A stretch of 64,000 bases of DNA from Selaginella moellendorffii (Eukaryota > Plantae > Lycopodiophyta). A program made the position numbers and the translations under genes. Below are positions 60,528 to 64,000 of the stretch, piece after piece (position 1 is the first letter of the stretch; each line of letters opens with the position of its first letter). The DNA lies in contig NW_003314290.1 of assembly GCF_000143415.4 (NCBI RefSeq), positions 620,001 through 684,000 on the forward strand. Reading direction: 5' to 3'. Below the pieces are notes generated by a model. It was not told where the DNA came from. It did not search any database and worked only from the letters and a program-made list of their open reading frames with translations.

Positions 60528-63260
60528 TCACCAGTAGTCTCCACAGGAGCAAGTGCCATTCTCAAAGCGGTGGAACCGGTACGCATCTCTCACCACGATC
60601 CTCCTTCCCACACTCCTGGAAATGATCTTGGCCACTGCATGGCAGTCGGAGCACACCCGGAGGTTCTTCACGACGTGAATGGGAAGCCCCGCCGGAACTC
60701 GCAGCAGTCCAAACGCGATAGCCACACGTTCGCTGTGGAGAGCCAGCAGATCCTCCTTGTCATCCTCCTCAAGACGGTGCCCGATCTGTCCAGTATCTGG
60801 AACGTAGCCGCCCTCCTTCACGACCGCTTGCAACCGCCGCAGCTCCACCTCGATCTCGGCAGCCTCCGAATGCCACGAGAAGTTCCCAGCAAAGAACTGA
60901 TGGACCCTGTTCTTCACCTCCACGCAGCTCCAGCCCCTCGGCTTCTTCACGCCAAGCTTCGCCATTCTCTCTCGGACTTCCGCCACCTCGTCCCACTTCT
61001 CCACGGCGGCGTAAGCGTGAGACATGAGCACGTAGGGAGCGGCGTCATGCGGTATCAGACCCGACGCGAGACGCGCCACCCGAGCTCCCCGGGGAGTATC
61101 TCCGCTCACCCGGCACGCAGCTAGCAGCGTCTTCATCTCCATGTGAGCCGGCTCGAAAGGCATGCTGTGGAGCAACTCCTCGGCCTCGGCAACTCGTCCA
61201 CAGCGGGCCAGGAGATCCACCATGCAGCTGTAGTGAGCAGCGCCACCTCTCACTCCAAAGTCAGCCACCATTTCCTGGAAGCAGCTCAGTCCGGCCTCGA
61301 GGACCCCGGCGTGGCTGCAAGCGTGGAGCACGCTGAGGAAGACGATGTCGTCGGCCTGGACGCCCTCGAGATGCATTCTCCACGAGAGATCAATCGCGTG
61401 GACGTCGCCGTGCTGAGCAAAGGCCGCTATGAGAGCCGTCCAGGCCACCAAGTTCCAGTGGTTCATCTTCTCAAAGACTCTCAGCGCGTCCTCGAGCTGG
61501 CCGTATCGTCCATACATGTTGACGAGAGCAGTCGCGAGCACCATCTTCTTCTCCAGTCCCTTGGCCTCGAGGCGCCTGTGGAGAGCTCGTCCCTCGGCAA
61601 GAGCGTCGCCGGCTATGGAGCACACGTCCAGGAGGCTCGTGAAAGTGTACTCGTCCGGCTTCAGTCCCTCGAGATCCATCTTCTTGTACAGCGAGAGTGC
61701 CTGCCTGCCGTCTCCATTCAAGCTGTAAGCCGCGATCATCGTGCTCCAGGTGATCAAGTTCCGGCAGTCACTGCAGCGCTCAAACACTCTCCTCGCTTCG
61801 TCCAGGCCACCGCACTTCCCATACATGTTGAGCAGCGAGTTCCTCACGATCGAGGAGTCGAGACCGGCGTCAAGAATGAGCTCATGGAGTTTCTTCCCGG
61901 CAGCGAGCAAGTTTAAGTTGGAGCAGGCCTCGAGGGCTGCGACGAGAGTGACCTCGTCGGGAGTATGCCCCTCCAAGTCCATCACCCGGAACAGTCTCAG
62001 AGCCTGTTCGTCCAGTCCTTGCTGCGAGCACACCGTGATCATTGCGTTCCAGACCACCAGATCTCTGCGCTCCATCTTCTCAAAAACTCTTGACGCCAGC
62101 TCCGGCCTCCCGCACTTCCCATACATGTCGATCAGCGCGGTCCCGACGCTCAAGTAGCTCCTGCCAAACTCGGAGCTCTCCACGAGCTCGTGGATGGCCG
62201 TGCCATGCTTGACATCTCGGGCGGCGGCACAGGCACCGAGTATACTCACGAAAGTCACTTCGTTCGGCCTCACCCCCTCTGCCACCATCTTCCGGAAGAA
62301 ATCCAGTGCGAGGTCCTCACGGCCGTGGAGAGCAAAGCCGGAGATCATTGCCGTCCACGAGACAACACTTTGGTCGCCAGCCATGTCCTGGAAGAACTTC
62401 CTCGCGTCGCCGACGCTCCCAGCCTTGCAGTACATGTTGAGCAGCGAGTTCCGGACCACGGGATGGAGGTGGAATCCCATGGAAGTGATTCGAGCTTCGA
62501 GAGCTCTTCCATGATCCAGGGAGCCCAGGCTCGAGCAAGCGCTGACAAGATTGATGAGCACCACCATGTCGAGCCTGACGCCTTGATGATCCATCCAGTG
62601 GTAGAGCTCGAGAGCTCTCCTGGCGAGGCCGTTGTCGACGCAGGCACCGATGATGATGCTCCAGGAGAAAATGTTTGGAAACTCTATCTTCTCGAAGACG
62701 GCCCTGGCCTCTTCCATGGCGCCGCATTTGCCATACATTTGGATGAGATGGTTGCCCAGGAAGAGATCCTTGCCCAGGCCGGTGTCGACGATCTCGGCGT
62801 GGATTCTCCGGCCCTCGGGCAGTGATCTGGAGCGGCTGCATTGCTGGAGGAGCGATGCGAATGCCGCGACGCGCGACGGCGGGAATTTCGACGAATTTCT
62901 TGCTGCCGGAGCTCCTGAGTCGCTACTTACAGCCGCAGGAGGAGGAAGAAGCACCAGATTGCGGCATTGTCCGTCACGCAATGGGGAGCTCCCGAATCGC
63001 CGCTGGCGACAGGCATTGAAAACTTTGAGGACGGCCTCACCGCCACCCAAGGGAGGAGCTCCGCGGGCAACAACCTTGGGTTCTAGGCCTTCGATTGGAA
63101 CACCAAAGTGCTTAAGCATTGGCAATGTTGCTGTGCCAAAGGTGTCGACGCAGGGATCCCTGCTGTCATTCGTAATGCCTGTCACAGGCCACAAAGAATT
63201 CTTCCAGGAGCATCCCCCTGTACGTAAGAAAGGCCCTCTCCAAATGCCCATAGTGGGCAA
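60528..63260 (-). CDS. PPR-DYW RNA-editing factor with chimeric N-terminus
   Basis: PLS array, E/E+ region (KKPRGWS), HSER, KNLRVCSDCH and CSCGDYW intact. Residues ~28-80 resemble RCL1; true start uncertain. Confidence 0.92.
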   Translation of the reverse strand: MPTMGIWRGPFLRTGGCSWKNSLWPVTGITNDSRDPCVDTFGTATLPMLKHFGVPIEGLEPKVVARGAPPLGGGEAVLKVFNACRQRRFGSSPLRDGQCRNLVLLPPPAAVSSDSGAPAARNSSKFPPSRVAAFASLLQQCSRSRSLPEGRRIHAEIVDTGLGKDLFLGNHLIQMYGKCGAMEEARAVFEKIEFPNIFSWSIIIGACVDNGLARRALELYHWMDHQGVRLDMVVLINLVSACSSLGSLDHGRALEARITSMGFHLHPVVRNSLLNMYCKAGSVGDARKFFQDMAGDQSVVSWTAMISGFALHGREDLALDFFRKMVAEGVRPNEVTFVSILGACAAARDVKHGTAIHELVESSEFGRSYLSVGTALIDMYGKCGRPELASRVFEKMERRDLVVWNAMITVCSQQGLDEQALRLFRVMDLEGHTPDEVTLVAALEACSNLNLLAAGKKLHELILDAGLDSSIVRNSLLNMYGKCGGLDEARRVFERCSDCRNLITWSTMIAAYSLNGDGRQALSLYKKMDLEGLKPDEYTFTSLLDVCSIAGDALAEGRALHRRLEAKGLEKKMVLATALVNMYGRYGQLEDALRVFEKMNHWNLVAWTALIAAFAQHGDVHAIDLSWRMHLEGVQADDIVFLSVLHACSHAGVLEAGLSCFQEMVADFGVRGGAAHYSCMVDLLARCGRVAEAEELLHSMPFEPAHMEMKTLLAACRVSGDTPRGARVARLASGLIPHDAAPYVLMSHAYAAVEKWDEVAEVRERMAKLGVKKPRGWSCVEVKNRVHQFFAGNFSWHSEAAEIEVELRRLQAVVKEGGYVPDTGQIGHRLEEDDKEDLLALHSERVAIAFGLLRVPAGLPIHVVKNLRVCSDCHAVAKIISRSVGRRIVVRDAYRFHRFENGTCSCGDYW

Positions 63261-63432
63261 ATCCTGCTACTCTTGCTGTCCAGGCCACCACATCTTTCTT
63301 CATCCCTTGGAACACACGAATCGCGCCTCGCAAGCTGCCACACGCGGCATACATGTCAATCAGCGCAGTATACACGATCAAGCTCGAATCCCAGCCAGCA
63401 GCAACCATTTGGGAGTGGATTTGCTTACCCAC
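63180..63432 (-). pseudogene. Isolated PPR fragment
   Basis: GKQIHSQM...VYTALIDMYAACGSL..A.RVFQGM..DVVAWT. Confidence 0.75.
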
Positions 63433-63652
63433 GGAAAGAAATCGCGATCCACAGCACGCTCCAAGGGCCGCGACCTAGTTGATCCTGCAAACATCAGCGC
63501 CATTATTCGCACCCCTCGAGGACGAGTGACGTTTTCCTCGCGTATATATGTATAGAAAACGCAGTCGCTTTTGATCCACTTACGCTTCACTGCAAGGCCA
63601 ATGGATCAAAGCTTGGAAACTTGGAAAACTCCATAGCCAAAACCTTACCTTT

Positions 63653-64000
63653 CTAGAAGGGGTTTCTGGCTTCACGCTCCCGCTCGCGTTCACTCACGGC
63701 CTTCCCCCAAGTTACGAGGAGTAATCCCGCAACAATGAGTAATCCTCCAAGAACACTGGAAGAAAGTTTCTGCTGTTAGCTATCGATATACAAGTAAGAA
63801 GTGAGCTTCTTACCTGCCCAGGAACAAGGGACTTCGTAAGAAAACGCAAGCCAGCGTAGAGGAGGCAAGTGGCTGCAAAGGCATGTAAAGCGCGACGAGC
63901 GACGGGCCAACAACACCGTTGGACCAAGTTAGAAGCACGTAGTTGATTGCCGACGCAAAAACTCCCTGGAGTGAAAAACCGAGAAACAATGGAGAACTTA
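63653..64000 (-). CDS. WAT1-related/UMAMIT (EamA, MtN21) transporter, 3' exons (partial)
   Basis: Spliced translation [51 protein letters not shown]|[18 protein letters not shown]. Confidence 0.85.

Overview
Eukaryotic plant nuclear DNA. The 45-65 nt introns, compact gene spacing and PLS/DYW-PPR genes fit a lycophyte such as Selaginella (inference). The left half (1-29 kb) is a nest of transposons: an old Gypsy remnant, a probable decayed CACTA, a full-length chromovirus (9911-17625, TSD TTCTT), a 5S-rRNA-derived Cassandra-like solo LTR, a second LTR family interrupted by a solo LTR (TSD CCGGT) and a 671-bp TRIM (TSD AATAT). It also holds an FCP1-like pseudogene and a 14-Cys secreted peptide gene. 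The right half is gene-dense: ADH pseudogene, CCR4-like deadenylase, mitochondrial MDH, aprataxin-like gene, Crinkler-like REase-kinase gene, a multicopy Uma2/REase-fold family, an F-box-like gene split by a Copia, PPR genes, a GBP-family GTPase, ADH, tRNA-Gly and a UMAMIT 3' end. Highlights: (1) the chromovirus integrase is interrupted by two small spliceosomal-type introns whose removal restores the conserved motifs exactly; (2) a Crinkler-type Ubl-REase-kinase gene lies head-to-head with an aprataxin carrying a hidden N-terminal PBZ exon, flanked by REase-fold paralogs; (3) three different retroelements carry Pol III promoter-like motifs; (4) the GBP GTPase has a signal peptide and a C-terminal TM helix; (5) an RCL1 fragment is fused in frame to a PPR-DYW. 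All family assignments are by motif recognition; no database searches were run.
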